Below are positions 1 through 11,708 of a stretch of 64,000 nt of DNA, one piece after another; positions within the stretch are counted from its first letter, which is position 1; each line of letters opens with the position of its first letter. Below the pieces are notes generated by a model, which ran no database searches, had not been told where the DNA came from, and saw only the letters and a list, made by a program, of their open reading frames with translations. Made by a program: the position numbers and the translations under genes. This DNA comes from an uncultured Gemmatimonadales bacterium (GTDB lineage Bacteria; Gemmatimonadota; Gemmatimonadetes; Gemmatimonadales; GWC2-71-9), in assembly GCA_963842945.1 (NCBI GenBank), contig CAWJIM010000023.1, forward strand, positions 192,001-256,000, read 5' to 3'.

Positions 1-71
1 GACTCTCCGGTCGCCCGGGCGATTGCGCGGGGCGCCGTGGTGGCCGGCCGAGGTACCGCGATGCTGGTCAT
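1..71 (-). CDS. cysW: Probable 5' end of sulfate ABC permease CysW (runs off the window)
   Basis: ATG 4 nt after the cysT stop, reading MTSIAVPRPATTAPRAIARATGE; identity inferred only from the standard sbp-cysT-cysW order. Confidence 0.55.
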   Translation of the reverse strand, partial: MTSIAVPRPATTAPRAIARATGE

Positions 72-75
72 GGTC

Positions 76-903
76 TCACGCCGCCATGCGGCGACGCGCC
101 GCCCACTGCAGAAGGTTGATGGTGAGCAGGAGCAGGAATGAAGCGAGCAGCATCACCACCGCAACGGCCGTTGCCCCGGCATAGTCGTACTGCTCCAGCT
201 TGGTGATGATCAGCAGGGGCACGATCTCGGTCTTCATCGGCATGTTGCCCGAGATGAACACCACTGAGCCGTATTCGCCAATGGCCCGGGCAAACGCCAG
301 CGCAAATCCGGTCAGCAGCGCCGGCGCCACGGTGGGAAATACTACCCGGGCAAATGTCTGCCAGCGTCCCGCGCCGAGACTGGCAGCCGCCTCTTCTACT
401 TCGAGCTCGAGGTCGTCAAGCACCGGTTGTACCGTCCGCACCACGAAGGGCAGGCCGATGAAGATCAGGGCAACCGTGATGCCGACCCAGGTATACGAGA
501 CCTTGAGGCCCAGAGGCTCGAGATAACGGCCGAGCCAGCCATTGGTGGCGTAGAGCGTGGTCAGCGCAATGCCGGCCACGGCGGTGGGAAGAGCGAAGGG
601 CAGGTCGACCATCGCATCCACCAGCCGGCGGCCGGGAAAGCGATAGCGAACCAAAACCCACGCCACCAGCAGTCCAAACACGGTGTTGACCAGCGCCGCC
701 AGGAATGAGGCGCCGAAGGTAACCCGGTAGGAGGCCAGCACCCGGGGATTCGTAATCGTGGACCAGAACGAATCCCAGGAGAGATCGGTTGTCCGGACGA
801 ACGTCGTCGCCAGGGGAAGCAGCACGATCAGGCTCAAGTAGGTGCAGGTTATCCCCAGAGACAAACCAAAGCCCGGGAGAACGCTGCGGGATTTCTGCTT
901 CAT
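76..903 (-). CDS. cysT: Sulfate ABC transporter permease CysT
   Basis: [29 protein letters not shown] loop [26 protein letters not shown] at 903 preceded by GGGGGCAG. Confidence 0.95.
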   Translation of the reverse strand: MKQKSRSVLPGFGLSLGITCTYLSLIVLLPLATTFVRTTDLSWDSFWSTITNPRVLASYRVTFGASFLAALVNTVFGLLVAWVLVRYRFPGRRLVDAMVDLPFALPTAVAGIALTTLYATNGWLGRYLEPLGLKVSYTWVGITVALIFIGLPFVVRTVQPVLDDLELEVEEAAASLGAGRWQTFARVVFPTVAPALLTGFALAFARAIGEYGSVVFISGNMPMKTEIVPLLIITKLEQYDYAGATAVAVVMLLASFLLLLTINLLQWAARRRMAA

Positions 904-931
904 TACTGCCCCCTGTTCCGTGGTAGCGACA

Positions 932-1942
932 TCACTGCCCCGGCTGGTAGATCTGGTCGAAGGAGGCGCCGTCGGCGAAATGGGCGGCTTGCGCCTTCTT
1001 CCAGCCACCGAAGGACTCATCCACCGTTACTAGCGTCATCTTGGGAAACTGATTGGCGTACTTCGCCGCCACCGTCGGCATCCTCGGCCGATAGAAGTGA
1101 CGCGCGGCGGTCTCCTGCCCCTCGGGAGTGTACAGGTACTCGAGGTAGGCGCGGGCCACCTCAGTGGTTCCATGCTTCCCCGCGACCTTGTCCACCACCG
1201 CCACCGGTGGTTCGGCCAGAATGCTGAGTGAGGGGGCCACCACCTCGAACTTGCCCTGTCCCAGCTCCTTCATGGCGAGCAGGGCCTCGTTTTCCCAGGC
1301 GATGAGCACATCACCGATGCCTCGCTCCACGAAGGTGGTGGTGGACCCGCGGGCTCCGGCATCGAGCACGGGCACGTTCTTGTACAGACGGGAGACGAAA
1401 TCCTTGGCCTTGGCTTCGTTGCCGCCCGGCTGACGCAACGCCCATGCCCAGGCAGCGAGGTAGTTCCAGCGGGCGCCACCCGAGGTCTTGGGGTTGGGCG
1501 TGATCACCGACACGCCGGGCTTGGCCAGGTCGCCCCAGTCGCGGATGCCCTTGGGGTTTCCCTTTCGCACCAGCAGGACAATGGTGGACGTATAGGGTGA
1601 GCTGTTGTCCGGAAGGCGCTTCTGCCAATCGCCGGAAATGGTTCCCGCCTTATCGGCGATCTGGTCGATGTCGTAGGCCAGCGCCAGCGTCACCACGTCG
1701 GCCTCCAGCCCATCGATCACCGAGCGGGCCTGCTTGCCGGAACCGCCGTGAGACTGACGGATGGTCACGTCCTGCCCGGTCTTGTTCTTCCAGTAGGCGG
1801 CGAACTCCTTGTTGAAGTCTTCGTACAGCTCCCTGGTGGGATCGTACGACACGTTGAGCAAGGTCACCGGCTTCGGGGCCGGAGGCGGCCCGAAGGGTAC
1901 GACCGATCCGGCAAGTAGCAGAGTGAACGCAAACGTCTTCAT
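932..1942 (-). CDS. sbp: Sulfate ABC transporter substrate-binding protein
   Basis: [44 protein letters not shown]; signal peptide. Confidence 0.96.
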   Translation of the reverse strand: MKTFAFTLLLAGSVVPFGPPPAPKPVTLLNVSYDPTRELYEDFNKEFAAYWKNKTGQDVTIRQSHGGSGKQARSVIDGLEADVVTLALAYDIDQIADKAGTISGDWQKRLPDNSSPYTSTIVLLVRKGNPKGIRDWGDLAKPGVSVITPNPKTSGGARWNYLAAWAWALRQPGGNEAKAKDFVSRLYKNVPVLDAGARGSTTTFVERGIGDVLIAWENEALLAMKELGQGKFEVVAPSLSILAEPPVAVVDKVAGKHGTTEVARAYLEYLYTPEGQETAARHFYRPRMPTVAAKYANQFPKMTLVTVDESFGGWKKAQAAHFADGASFDQIYQPGQ

Positions 1943-1958
1943 GGGTAGAAACCTTGGC

Positions 1959-3401
1959 TCAGAATGAGGTCTGGAAACGGGTGATCACGGCGGTTTCGGG
2001 CTCACGGTCTCCGGTGGTAGCCCCACCAGTGAACGTGGTGTGCTCGTAGTCGACCATGACCTTTACTGCCCGGGTAAAGTGCCAATTCACCCCAACACCG
2101 AAGGACTTCGCGTCCTGTACGCTGGTGGTCAGACTCGCGTAGGTGGGGAATGAGGCTGGGTCGAGCTTGAGTTCACCGTAGCGCGCCACCAGCTCGATGG
2201 CGCCAAACCCGCGACTACCCTCGGTGAGGTCAAACGGCTTCTTGATCGTCGGACTCTTGAAGCTGTTCTTCTCACCTGTAAGAAAGAACGAGCCCTCCGC
2301 CTGCCAAGCTTTGTGCTCCAGCTCGGCCACCGCACCCGCTTTATTGACGGTGCTGCGGGAGATGGTGTATTCCCCGAGGAGACCGAAGGGACCGCTATAG
2401 AAGTAGCCCTGAGGTGCTATGCGGATGCGCCTGCCGTCAGCGAATACGTTATTCGCCGGTGTGGTGGTGCTGCTGCCGTATTTAAAGAGCGTATTCTGGC
2501 CAGGAGTACGGTACGAAGGCAGCCCGGTACTGGTAATCGAGGCGCGTTCCAGGCCGGTGCTTCCCGCGATGCCAACTCCCAGGGGTCGGAAACTTCCCGA
2601 TTTGAACGGCTGAATGAAGACGCGAGCGGCGAAATCCTTAGCATCGCTCAGATCGTCGCCACCGTTGGCCAGGTCGGCCACTCCGTTGAACACGCCTGCC
2701 TGGTAGGCAAAGAGTCCCTCGGAAATGTCACCCGCGACCTGGAGGCCGATGTCGCGGCTGGGCACCAGGTTATTGGGAAGACCACGTTCGGCGAACATGA
2801 GATCCTGCGCCGACTGCAGTCGTTCGAGTCCGATCGGCGGCTTGAACTTGCCGGCGCGAACCGTGAATGCAGGGGTGAAGTTTCCGTCAAAGTAGGCATC
2901 GAAAATTGCCGGTGAGGTCCCTCCGAAGTCGGGCATCAAGCGAAACCCGAAGTACCGGCCGACGTAGCCTTCGAGGATTGGCCGAACCCGGCGGAGCAGC
3001 AGGTTGTCTGTTGCGGGAACAGCCTCGTCGCTGGCGAAAAACCTTCCATCGCCCTGGACATACCCCCGGAGCCGGAGGCTGTACTTGCCGTCGGCCGATT
3101 TGAGGCCGAAGCCATCCTTGGCGTTGGCGGTCACCGACTGCTTGTCCTTCGCGGCAGCAGCGGCGCTGTCCGCTGAGATCTCGTGTAACCGGTTCAGGAT
3201 CCGCACCTGCTGGTCAAGCTCTTCGACCCGTGCGGTGAGCGAGGCCATGGTGTCAGTGGGGGTACGAGCGCTGTCGCCCACCACACTGTTTCGCTCTGCC
3301 GTGGTGGCGACGTGCACGTCTTGCTGGGCCCACAGTTGTGGTACCCCACCGACAGCAATCAATGCCGCAAGGCCGATCGCGCGTGACTTCAGACCGCTCA
3401 T
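1959..3401 (-). CDS. OprO/OprP-family anion-selective porin
   Basis: Signal peptide, coiled-coil N-terminus, [31 protein letters not shown]-terminal Phe; first gene of the sulfate uptake operon. Confidence 0.85.
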   Translation of the reverse strand: MSGLKSRAIGLAALIAVGGVPQLWAQQDVHVATTAERNSVVGDSARTPTDTMASLTARVEELDQQVRILNRLHEISADSAAAAAKDKQSVTANAKDGFGLKSADGKYSLRLRGYVQGDGRFFASDEAVPATDNLLLRRVRPILEGYVGRYFGFRLMPDFGGTSPAIFDAYFDGNFTPAFTVRAGKFKPPIGLERLQSAQDLMFAERGLPNNLVPSRDIGLQVAGDISEGLFAYQAGVFNGVADLANGGDDLSDAKDFAARVFIQPFKSGSFRPLGVGIAGSTGLERASITSTGLPSYRTPGQNTLFKYGSSTTTPANNVFADGRRIRIAPQGYFYSGPFGLLGEYTISRSTVNKAGAVAELEHKAWQAEGSFFLTGEKNSFKSPTIKKPFDLTEGSRGFGAIELVARYGELKLDPASFPTYASLTTSVQDAKSFGVGVNWHFTRAVKVMVDYEHTTFTGGATTGDREPETAVITRFQTSF

Positions 3402-3477
3402 CTTTCTCTCTCCCTGGCAACTGTTTAGGGCCGTTTCGCGATGCGTTCCCGGACCCGATCCGGAGACGCCGCAGACA

Positions 3478-3502
3478 ATAGTCTACTTACTCGATAGAGT
3501 AA
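3478..3502. promoter_or_regulatory. Putative Rrf2 operator (25-bp imperfect palindrome)
   Basis: ATAGTCTAC-TTACTCG-ATAGAGTAA resembles the IscR type-1 site; lies between rrf2 and the porin, over the predicted start site. Confidence 0.55.
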
Positions 3503-3506
3503 ATAG

Positions 3507-3521
3507 GCAAGCGGCATGCCA
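3507..3521 (-). promoter_or_regulatory. Sigma54 (-24/-12) promoter of the porin-sbp-cysTW operon
   Basis: Minus strand TGGCATG-CCGC-TTGC matches TGGCAC-N5-TTGC with exact GG/GC spacing, ~105 nt upstream of the porin ATG. Confidence 0.7.
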
Positions 3522-3547
3522 CGAGGCTATGAAGGGGAAAAGGCCTG

Positions 3548-3997
3548 CTAGAAGTCTGACGGAACGGGGGGAATGAGCTGGTCGACCTTGGCGCGCAGTG
3601 AAGCCAGGCTGGTGCCATCCAGGACCCGGGCGGTGGCGTCCCTCACTTCCTTCATGGCCAGGTGCACGCCGCACACTGCTTCGTTCTTGCAGTCGGCGCA
3701 GCGCTGGTAGGCGGTCTGGCTGGCGCAGGGAACCGGCGCGAGGGGCCCATCAAACATCCGGACCACCTGTCCCAGATAGATATCAGCCGGATCCCGGGCC
3801 AGCAGATAGCCTCCGCCCTTCCCTTTCCGGCTCCGCAGGAGTCCCTGGTTCTTGAGACCCAGCAGGATGAGCTCCAGAAATTTCGGCGGGATCTGCTCGG
3901 CCCGAGCCAGATCGGCGATGCGCACCGGCTCCTCGCCGTCATTGTCGGCGAGGGCCAGCAGCGCTTTGATGGCGTACTTGGCCTTCTTGGAGAGCAT
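3548..3997 (-). CDS. Rrf2-family transcriptional regulator with 4 Cys
   Basis: MLSKKAKYAIKAL, IPPKFLELIL, SRKGKGGGYLLAR wing; C-x8-C-x2-C-x5-C cluster. Confidence 0.93.
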   Translation of the reverse strand: MLSKKAKYAIKALLALADNDGEEPVRIADLARAEQIPPKFLELILLGLKNQGLLRSRKGKGGGYLLARDPADIYLGQVVRMFDGPLAPVPCASQTAYQRCADCKNEAVCGVHLAMKEVRDATARVLDGTSLASLRAKVDQLIPPVPSDF

Positions 3998-4020
3998 CGC
4001 CCGTGAAGTATAAACTGCCG

Positions 4021-4035
4021 TGGCATAGGACTAGC
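4021..4035 (+). promoter_or_regulatory. Possible sigma54 promoter for the methyltransferase
   Basis: TGGCATA-GGAC-TAGC with correct GG/GC spacing; imperfect -12 box. Confidence 0.3.
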
Positions 4036-4136
4036 GGTTGGTGACTCCGGCAGACCTACCCAACAATAGCAGTAGATTCCGCCATTCACTCGAACGTTTC
4101 GGCCGGCGCCTTGGTCCCGGCCTGGGAGGAACTGTC

Positions 4137-4931
4137 ATGTGGCTTCTCTTGAAGCGCTTGCCGCTGCTCAGAGACCCGGCCGTGAGACGGCGGCTGAAGC
4201 TGCTGCCCGGAGTGCGACCGATCACCCAGGGGATACGGCGGACCCGGCGGCGGTACTATCGGAAATACGGGAGAAGACGGCTTCAGAAGCTGCTGGCCAA
4301 CACACCGCGGAAACGGCTGGTGATTGGAGCCTGGAGCCGGTACGATGAGGGCTGGATCCCGACCCAGCACGAGTTTCTCGACCTGACCAAGCCGGACGAC
4401 TGGGCGCACTTCTTTCAGCCCGACTCTATCGAGGCCATGCTGGCCGAGCACGTGTGGGAGCACATCACGCCCGAAGAAGGATTGGAGGCGGCCAAGACCT
4501 GCTATCGGTATCTCCGCCCCGGCGGCTACTTCCGAGTAGCCGTTCCGGACGGCCTGCATCCGGATCCGGAATACATCGAGACGGTGAAGGTCGGAGTACC
4601 TGGAGTTGAGGCCGGGATCAGCGCCGCTGCTTCGACCGCCATCACTCCCGAGCTGCACGGCAATGCGGCCAACCACAAGGCGCTGTACACCTATCGCAGC
4701 CTGAAGGAGCTGTTCGAGGCCGCCGGGTTTCGGGTTACTCTCTACGAATATTTCGACGAAGCCGGCCAGTTTCACTCCGAAGAATGGAACCGGGAGCTAG
4801 GTACTATCTGGCGCTCCAAGCGGTTCGACCCCCGGAACAAGACCGGCCAGCTGACCAGCGTGTATCCCGGCACCCTGGGCGACTACCTGAGCTACTCGTC
4901 GATCATCCTGGACGCGGTTAAGGATCGCTGA
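4137..4931 (+). CDS. Predicted class I SAM-dependent methyltransferase
   Basis: LVIGAW, LAEHVWEHI, CYRYLRPGGYFRVAVPD; ATG at 4137 preceded by GGAGGA. Confidence 0.8.
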   Translation: MWLLLKRLPLLRDPAVRRRLKLLPGVRPITQGIRRTRRRYYRKYGRRRLQKLLANTPRKRLVIGAWSRYDEGWIPTQHEFLDLTKPDDWAHFFQPDSIEAMLAEHVWEHITPEEGLEAAKTCYRYLRPGGYFRVAVPDGLHPDPEYIETVKVGVPGVEAGISAAASTAITPELHGNAANHKALYTYRSLKELFEAAGFRVTLYEYFDEAGQFHSEEWNRELGTIWRSKRFDPRNKTGQLTSVYPGTLGDYLSYSSIILDAVKDR

Positions 4932-4940
4932 TAAGGCAAG

Positions 4941-4968
4941 AAAAAGGGCCGCCCAACCGGACGGCCCT
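4941..4968 (-). terminator. Intrinsic terminator of the cys operon
   Basis: Minus strand GGGCCGTCC-GGTT-GGGCGGCCC followed by TTTTT, just after the cysD stop. Confidence 0.75.
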
Positions 4969-4990
4969 CCTGCGCAGCCACCGCAGTTTC

Positions 4991-5914
4991 TCACATGTAC
5001 CCGTCCCGCCGAAGTGTCTCCAACCCACCACCGCCTTCCTTGTCCTGCGCCCGGCCCGAGCGTTCGGCGATGTTGGCGAACTTTCCGGTCTGCAGCTCCA
5101 AAATGATGTCGTCCACGTTGCGAGCTTCGGACTCCACCGAGTTGGTGCAGGTGTAGCAGCCCAGGGAACGGAAGCGCTTGCCGTCGCCCTGATTGTAGTA
5201 GAGCGAGACAGTCGGGATCTGCTCCCGGCGGATGTATTCCCAGATGTTGAGCTCGGTCCAGTCGAGCAGCGGGTGAATCCGCAGATGGGTGCCCGGGGCA
5301 AAATCCGTCTTGTACTGGTTCCAGAACTCCGGCGGCTGGTCCCCGACATCCCACTGCGACTGTGCCGTGCGAGGCGAGAAGTACCGCTCCTTGGAGCGGC
5401 TGCCTTCCTCGTCGGCCCGGGCCCCCACGATGACCCCGGTGAACGGCTCGGTGTTGCGGTCGAGCTCATACACCTTCTTGGCGTGGTTCAGCCGATATCG
5501 CGGCCACTCCCCGCTGAGCGTGTGCTTGAGCGCATCGGTCTTGAGAGCCTTGCAGCAGGCGATCCGGTCCACGGCTCCATGGGGGAAGGTGCGCTTCTCC
5601 TCCAGCGCCTGGCGATTCTGCCCATAGATCATGGTCAGGTTCCACTCCAACGCCAGCCGGTCGCGATACTCGATCATCTCGGGAATCTTGAACGAGGTGT
5701 CGATGTGGATCAGCGGAATCGGTACGTGGCCGAAGAACGCCTTCCGCGCGAGCCAGAGGAGGACCGTGCTGTCCTTTCCAATGGACCAGAGCATGCCGAG
5801 GTTCTTGAAGTTGGCATACGCCTCCCGGAGAATGTGCACGCTCCGGTTTTCCAGCTGGTCCAGATGATCCATGCTGCCAACATGCGGAGCTGCTTCCATC
5901 AGAGTTGCTTCCAT
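4991..5914 (-). CDS. cysD: Sulfate adenylyltransferase subunit 2
   Basis: PP-loop [43 protein letters not shown]-terminal RDGYM; true start may be 5899 or 5872. Confidence 0.95.
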   Translation of the reverse strand: MEATLMEAAPHVGSMDHLDQLENRSVHILREAYANFKNLGMLWSIGKDSTVLLWLARKAFFGHVPIPLIHIDTSFKIPEMIEYRDRLALEWNLTMIYGQNRQALEEKRTFPHGAVDRIACCKALKTDALKHTLSGEWPRYRLNHAKKVYELDRNTEPFTGVIVGARADEEGSRSKERYFSPRTAQSQWDVGDQPPEFWNQYKTDFAPGTHLRIHPLLDWTELNIWEYIRREQIPTVSLYYNQGDGKRFRSLGCYTCTNSVESEARNVDDIILELQTGKFANIAERSGRAQDKEGGGGLETLRRDGYM

Positions 5915-6501
5915 GAGCGTTGGTCCTCGAAAAGTGCCAGTACCTGGTTGACTGACTGTTCCACACTGAGGGCGCGGGTGTCGAGGCTCAGCTCGGGATG
6001 CTCGGGAACCTCATAGGGATCGTCGATCCCGGTAAAATTCCGGATCTCGCCCCGTCTGGCCCGGGCATAAAGCCCCTTCACATCCCGACGCTCACACTCG
6101 TCTAGCGGAGTAGCCACGTAGATCTCGGCGAACCTGGGACACAGCGCCCGGATGAAGTCGCGAGACTCGCGATAGGGCGATACGAGCGACGCGACAACCG
6201 TCACTCCATGCGCCGCCAGCCGGCTCGCCATATACCCGGTGCGGCGCAGGTGCTCCTCCCGCTGCTCCCGGGTAAACCCGGTCTGCGGGAACACCTCACG
6301 GAGCGCGTCGCCATCGATGTACTCGACATCCAAACCTCGGCGCAGCAGCTCCTGATGCACCCGGGTGGCGATGGTGCTCTTGCCCGACCCCGACAGACCG
6401 GTGAACCACAGCACGGGCGCCGTCGGCCGAGTTCCGTCCGCCGGATCGATCGTCTGGCCGGAACCAGCGGGCGTTCGTACGTCGTAGGCGTGCGGTCTCA
6501 C
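5899..6501 (-). CDS. cysC: Adenylyl-sulfate kinase
   Basis: [13 protein letters not shown]-loop, [30 protein letters not shown]. Confidence 0.95.
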   Translation of the reverse strand: MRPHAYDVRTPAGSGQTIDPADGTRPTAPVLWFTGLSGSGKSTIATRVHQELLRRGLDVEYIDGDALREVFPQTGFTREQREEHLRRTGYMASRLAAHGVTVVASLVSPYRESRDFIRALCPRFAEIYVATPLDECERRDVKGLYARARRGEIRNFTGIDDPYEVPEHPELSLDTRALSVEQSVNQVLALFEDQRSWKQL

Positions 6502-7260
6502 AGCCCGATCACGAAGCTGGTGTTCCGCAGATCCGGCTTGTTGTAGGTGAGCGGCGACTGCCGCTCCCCTTCAGAACCCGATTGCCGATAGACGCAGTCA
6601 CCTGCGGCCACATCCCATTCCATGGTAGGCCCCAGGCGGGGGTAGACATCGGCCCGGCCTTCGGCCACCCAGCAAAATTTGAGCGAGCTGCCGGCTTTCA
6701 CTCGTCGGGCGACCGGAATGGTTTTCAGGTACTGCTCCAGCTCGTCTGAGGGATGCGAGAGACTCTCCACCACCGTCAACGGAGTACCAGGAGCGGGGGG
6801 CCTGGAGTAGATCCGCTCCGGCGCGCCGCCTCGCTCCTCTTTCCACGCGCCCTCACCCTTAACCGCCCAGTACAGAAGCTCGAGCGCAGGGGCCAGTACC
6901 ACACCGAGCACCGGCTCGCCATTCTCGATCAACGCCACGTTGACCGTGAACTCGGCTCTCCGCTTGATGAATTCCTTGGTGCCGTCCAGCGGATCAACCA
7001 ACCAGAAGCGATGCCAGCTTTGCCTGCGATCGAACGAGGCCGCCTCCGCCTCCTCAGAGACCACCGGTGTTCCCGGATCCAGTCGCTCCAGTCCCTGAAC
7101 CAGAATCTCGTGAGCGACCTCGTCGGCCAGGGTGACCGGGACTGCGGTCGTCCTTTTCCCTCACGCCGGCCGCTACGCCGGTGTCATAGTAGGCCATCGT
7201 GGCTCGGCCGGCCTCGCGGGCGAGGCTGGGAACGGCGGACCGCAGCTCAGGCGTTACCAT
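6498..7260 (-). CDS. cysQ: 3'(2'),5'-bisphosphate nucleotidase (frameshifted)
   Basis: KDDRSP-VTLAD across a frameshift near 7140, VSEE, FWLVDPLDGTKEF, GSSLKFC, MEWDVAAG. Confidence 0.92.
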
Positions 7261-9025
7261 GGCCGGAAGATGATCCCCTTGTCCTGCAGGTGCGACTTCA
7301 GGCTGTCCACCGCCTCCGGCACCGCTCCGCCCGGCAGGTGAAGGTCGCAGGCCAGGTCGGTGGTGATGATGTCGCCGGCCCAGACGGTCTCGATCCAGTC
7401 GGGCTGAACCGCGGTCTTGATGACTTCCAGGTCTTCCTGGGTCAGCTCCGCGGCCGCCACGATGAGGATGATGCCGGCATCCAGCATCAGGTTGGCCACC
7501 TCACCCAGACGCCGCATGTGCTCCAGCCGGTTTTCCTGCTTCCGGCCGATGTCGGCGTCCACCCCGTAGAGCACGTTCCCGATGCCCAGGAAGTAGACCA
7601 CCTTCCCGTCCTCGAACAGCTTTCCTTCCAGCGCCTTGGCCACGCTCTTTCGCTCGGCCTCGTCTTCTCCGGTCACCAGAATGAGCGCCGCCTTCTGATT
7701 GTACTTCTCGGCCCTCCGCTCCGGCTGGATGAAGCTCGGCTCCCACTTGTAATTGCGGAGGAGTACCCGATCGCGCACCGCGGACTGCCGATCGGGCAGC
7801 GCCTCGCGCACGATGCCCCCACCGCGGATCTCGAAATCGTCTACGATCACGAACCGGCTGGTCGCGGCGACATCCTCGGCCAGGTCACAGGCGATGGCCC
7901 GATCCAGCTTGAGCACGCACTCGGCGACATCGTGCCGCTGAATGACGTTCTTCTGCGTGGCATCGAGGGTCGAGGCGTCCATTACGCGCAGGATCTCCTC
8001 CACCCGGCAGACCACGCGGGCCGTGCCCAGCTTGAGCAGATATTCCTTGCGCTTGATCATCGGCTCTTTGCCCAGCCAGAAGAGGCTCACCCGGAGCCGG
8101 GTAGACATCTGAGGGCGAGGCTGAGATTCCAGCGTCGCCATCTCTCCCCGGGTGATGTAGATCTGCTCCTGGAGGGTGAACCCGACGGCCATACCGGCGC
8201 TGGCCTGGGTCTGCGGAGGGCGGTTGAACGCCTCGATGCTCTTGACCCGGCTCTTCTTTCCCGAGGGATAGAAGATGACCGAATCGCCTACGTTGAGCGT
8301 ACCGGAGTCGATGGTGCCTGCGACGATGCGCCGGTCATCGCCCTGCTTGGTGAACTTGTAGACGTCCTGCACCGGCATCCGGAACGGGCGCTCAACCGGA
8401 GCCGGCGCGCTGCGGAATGCATCCAGCGCTTCCAGCACCGTGGGTCCCTGATACCAGGGCAGTGCTCGGACCGGTCCGCGATGTTGTCGCCGCCCCGAGC
8501 CGAGACCGGAATGAAGCAGGCGGGTCGGATGCCGACCTGATCGAGGAACGCGCCATATTCCTGGACGATTCCCTGGTACACGGCGCGGTCCCAGCCAACC
8601 AGATCCATCTTGTTGACGACCACAGCGAGCTGGCGAATGCCGAGCAGCGACATCATGTAGCCATGGCGGCGGGAATTCTCCTGTACCCCTTCGGCCGCGT
8701 CGATCACCAGCAGCGCAGCCTCGGCCCGGGCGGCACCCGTGATCATGTTCTTGAGGAACTCGATGTGGCCCGGGGCATCGAGAATCAGATAGTGCCGCTG
8801 CTGGCTCTTGAAGAACACCCGGGCGGCATCGATGGTGATGCCCTGGGCCTGCTCGTCCTTCAGGGCATCGAGCAGGAAGGCATACTCGAAAGGCTTCGAG
8901 TTCAGCTCGCACTGGGTGCGAACCTGCTCCAGCTTCCCTTCGGGAAGCGAGTGGGTGTCGGCCAGCAGCCGGCCTATGACGGTGCTCTTGCCGTGATCGA
9001 CGTGGCCGACGATCACGATGTTCAT
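7254..9025 (-). CDS. cysN: Sulfate adenylyltransferase subunit 1 with C-terminal degenerate APS-kinase-like domain (frameshifted)
   Basis: [25 protein letters not shown] GTPase motifs; frameshift near 8470 joins ORFs 8288-9025 and 7254-8912. Confidence 0.92.
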
Positions 9026-9182
9026 CCGCTGCTGCCCTTCGGGCCTGGACGCTGCCGTGGTCGACGGTCGAGTTGAGACAGAGTGCCCGTCAGACGTGCC
9101 TCCGTGGGTTGTTCAGTTCCGTCGCGCGGCTATGGCCGCGCGGCAAGTAAGCCAGATCACGAAACCCGACGCTCTTTTGTGC

Positions 9183-9209
9183 GAAAGCGGCGGGTAGGCC
9201 GCCGCTTTC
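9183..9209. terminator. Hairpin between wzc and cysN
   Basis: GAAAGCGGCGG-GTAGG-CCGCCGCTTTC, 11-bp stem; only a short U tract. Confidence 0.5.
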
Positions 9210-9233
9210 AGAGAATGCAGGGACAGCGACGGG

Positions 9234-11705
9234 TTACTGCTCCTCTACCGCGTAATCGTAGGGGTAGTAGTAATCTCCGTACTGCGAGACCTCGCCACCC
9301 GGATCGTTGAGCACCGTACCCACGACACGGGCGCCCACGTTGACCAGCTGCTGGTGCGCCCGCTTGGCCGCGACCCGGTCGGTCTGCCCCGCCCGCACCA
9401 CGAGCAGCACCCCATCGGCGAGCGAGCGAGGATTCCGGCATCGGCCGTGGCCAGCACCGGCGGCGTATCCAGGATGACTAGGTCGAAGCTCTTGGCCAGC
9501 TCCTGGAGCAGCACCCGCATCCGAACGCCGCTCAGGAGATTGGACGCGTTGGTCGGCAAGGCCCCGCAGGTCAGCAGCGAGAGGCCTCTCACCGTTGTGG
9601 GCCGGACGACGTCGGTAACAGCACGACCGGACTCGGTTCGCCCGATCCCGGGATCGAAGCTGAGCGAATCGCCGGCATCGTTCGCATTGTATGCAGGGGT
9701 CAGAGAGCTCCATGAGGCCGGGGGCGCGGGGCACCTGGAAGAGCCCATGCAAATCGGGCCGGCGCACGTCGCAGTCGATCAGGAGCACCCGCAGGCCATC
9801 GTAGGCAAACGTGACCGACAGATTGGCCGCGGTGAGGGTCTTCCCTTCGCCCGGGGCCGCGCTGGTGATGACCAGCGTCTTCATGTTGTCGCCCTGCTCG
9901 CACCAGACCAGGCTGGTGCGCAGCATCCTGAACGCCTCGAGCGCCGACCGAGAAAGGCTGAGACACCGTGCCCAGCGCGTGGAGCGTTGCTCCTTGGATC
10001 CAGCTCGGCCTTCTTGCCGGGACCGAGCAGACCACCCAACCGGCGGAGCCGGCTGGCCGAGCCCGTGAGCCGAGGAATGACGGCCAGACCGGGGACATTC
10101 AGCGCGAGCTCGAGATCCTCCGGTCGGCGAATGGAGGTGTTCATTGTCTCCAGAAGGAACGCGCCGCCCAGGCCCGAGCAGGAAGCCGAGCAGCAGACCC
10201 AAGTGCGAGCTTGAGCGAGGCGGTGGCCAGATCGGCGCGTAGGGAGTGTCAGCCAGATTGACGATATCCACGTCGCCCGCTTCTACCTCCTCCGCCATCC
10301 GGGCCTTCTGATAGTCCTGCCGGACCTGATCGCTGGTGGAGGTCAGGGTCTGGACCCTCGCGTTCAACCGAGCTTCCTCTTCGGCCATGGCCGGCAAGCA
10401 GTCTGGAGCGAGCGCCGCGCTGGGATCGCGGAGGTCTCCGAGTGCGGCGATCCGCGCGTCCAGCGTAGAGACGTGACTTGCCACCGCCTGCCGCAGCTGG
10501 CCCTTGGTGGAAGTGATGAGGCTCTTGAGCTGGATCAGATCGGGGTTGGTCGGGGCGGCCCGCCAGGGCCCGGTGGTCATGGAGTCGAGCCGGTACTGAT
10601 AGGTGCTCGAGCTGCCGGTAGTAGTTGCTGACCGTCGGGTTATCGGCCAGGGCCGGAGACGAGGCCAAGGCCCGGAGGGCCTCGGACTCCCCGGCAGTCC
10701 CCGCCTTTCTTGAGCTGCGCCATCAGGGCGGCGAAGGTGGTCCGATCGGCCTCGAGCTCGCTTCGGCGGGCGTCCAGCGCCATCATGGAGGTCTGCTGGG
10801 CGTCCAGCGCGTTCTGAGAGCTGGCCAGCTGCTGCCGGCTACGGAACGAGGCCAGCTCGGCCTGCGCCCGGGCCAGCATGCTGTCGGTCTGCCGCAGCTG
10901 CGCCTCGAGGAATTGACGGCGCCGGATCGACTTCTCCTTGGCATCCTGAATGCTGAGCTGCTTGAACGTGTTGACCGCCGTATTCACCACCCGCTGCGCG
11001 CGTGCGGGGGTTCCCCGACGTATAGCGAGATGTCGATCACGTCGGTACCGGCTCTCGGAGCCACAACCAGGCTCTTCAACAGCTCGTCGATGGCCACCTC
11101 GCGGGGCGCGACGTAGAGGGTGGCGCTGGGCACGTCGGGGACTTCGGTGACCGCAAACCGTAGCGATTCCGAGGTCGAGAACCTGCCCGTAGCGGGCCCG
11201 CGCCTCACGATTAGGCAGTCGGCCTTGACCCCGTTCTGGTAGAAGGTCACCTGAATGGTGTCGCCGCGAGCCGCGGGGTTGACCCACACCTGCTCCAGCC
11301 GGGCCGCGCCGAATTCCGGAGTCAGCGACTTCAGCTGCAGACCCAGCGAGTCCACGACCGCCTCCGATGACGCTGTAGCTTCGGACCAGCTGCGCCAGGG
11401 ACAGGAACGGGTCCGCGGTGCGGGGAAGCTGCGGCTCGGGAGTCTCGATCTCGCCGGTGAGCGACTGCCGCTCGCCTGCCAGCCGAATCGTGGCGACCGC
11501 CCGGTAGGTGGCGGGCGACTTAGGCCAGGTAGATACCCGCACCCAGTCCGAGCAGCGTCAGCACCAGAACCAGGCGATACCGCCGGCGGAGGACGCCGAA
11601 GATCTGGCCCAGCGAAATCGAGTCGCCGGCCGGCCGCTCGAAGGGAACCTCGCCCGGAGGCATGCCGGAAGGGAGCTGGCGAACTGGAGGATAGTACTCT
11701 GGCAT
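9234..11705 (-). CDS. wzc: Polysaccharide co-polymerase/tyrosine autokinase (several frameshifts)
   Basis: N-terminal TM (LRRRYRLVLVLTLLG), coiled-coil periplasmic part, EAFRMLRT, Walker A SAAPGEGKT, LLIDCD, ILDTPP, Tyr cluster YGDYYYPYDY. Confidence 0.9.
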
Positions 11706-11708
11706 CTG

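Noticed and set aside
4051..4078. Second Rrf2-like site upstream of rrf2
   Set aside because: CAGACCTACCCAACAATAGCAGTAG matches the 3478 palindrome only weakly.
6753..8540. Long antisense ORFs (595 aa here, also 19729-21030, 31649-32821 and 39605-40816)
   Set aside because: Shadow frames of GC-rich genes, with no recognisable motifs.
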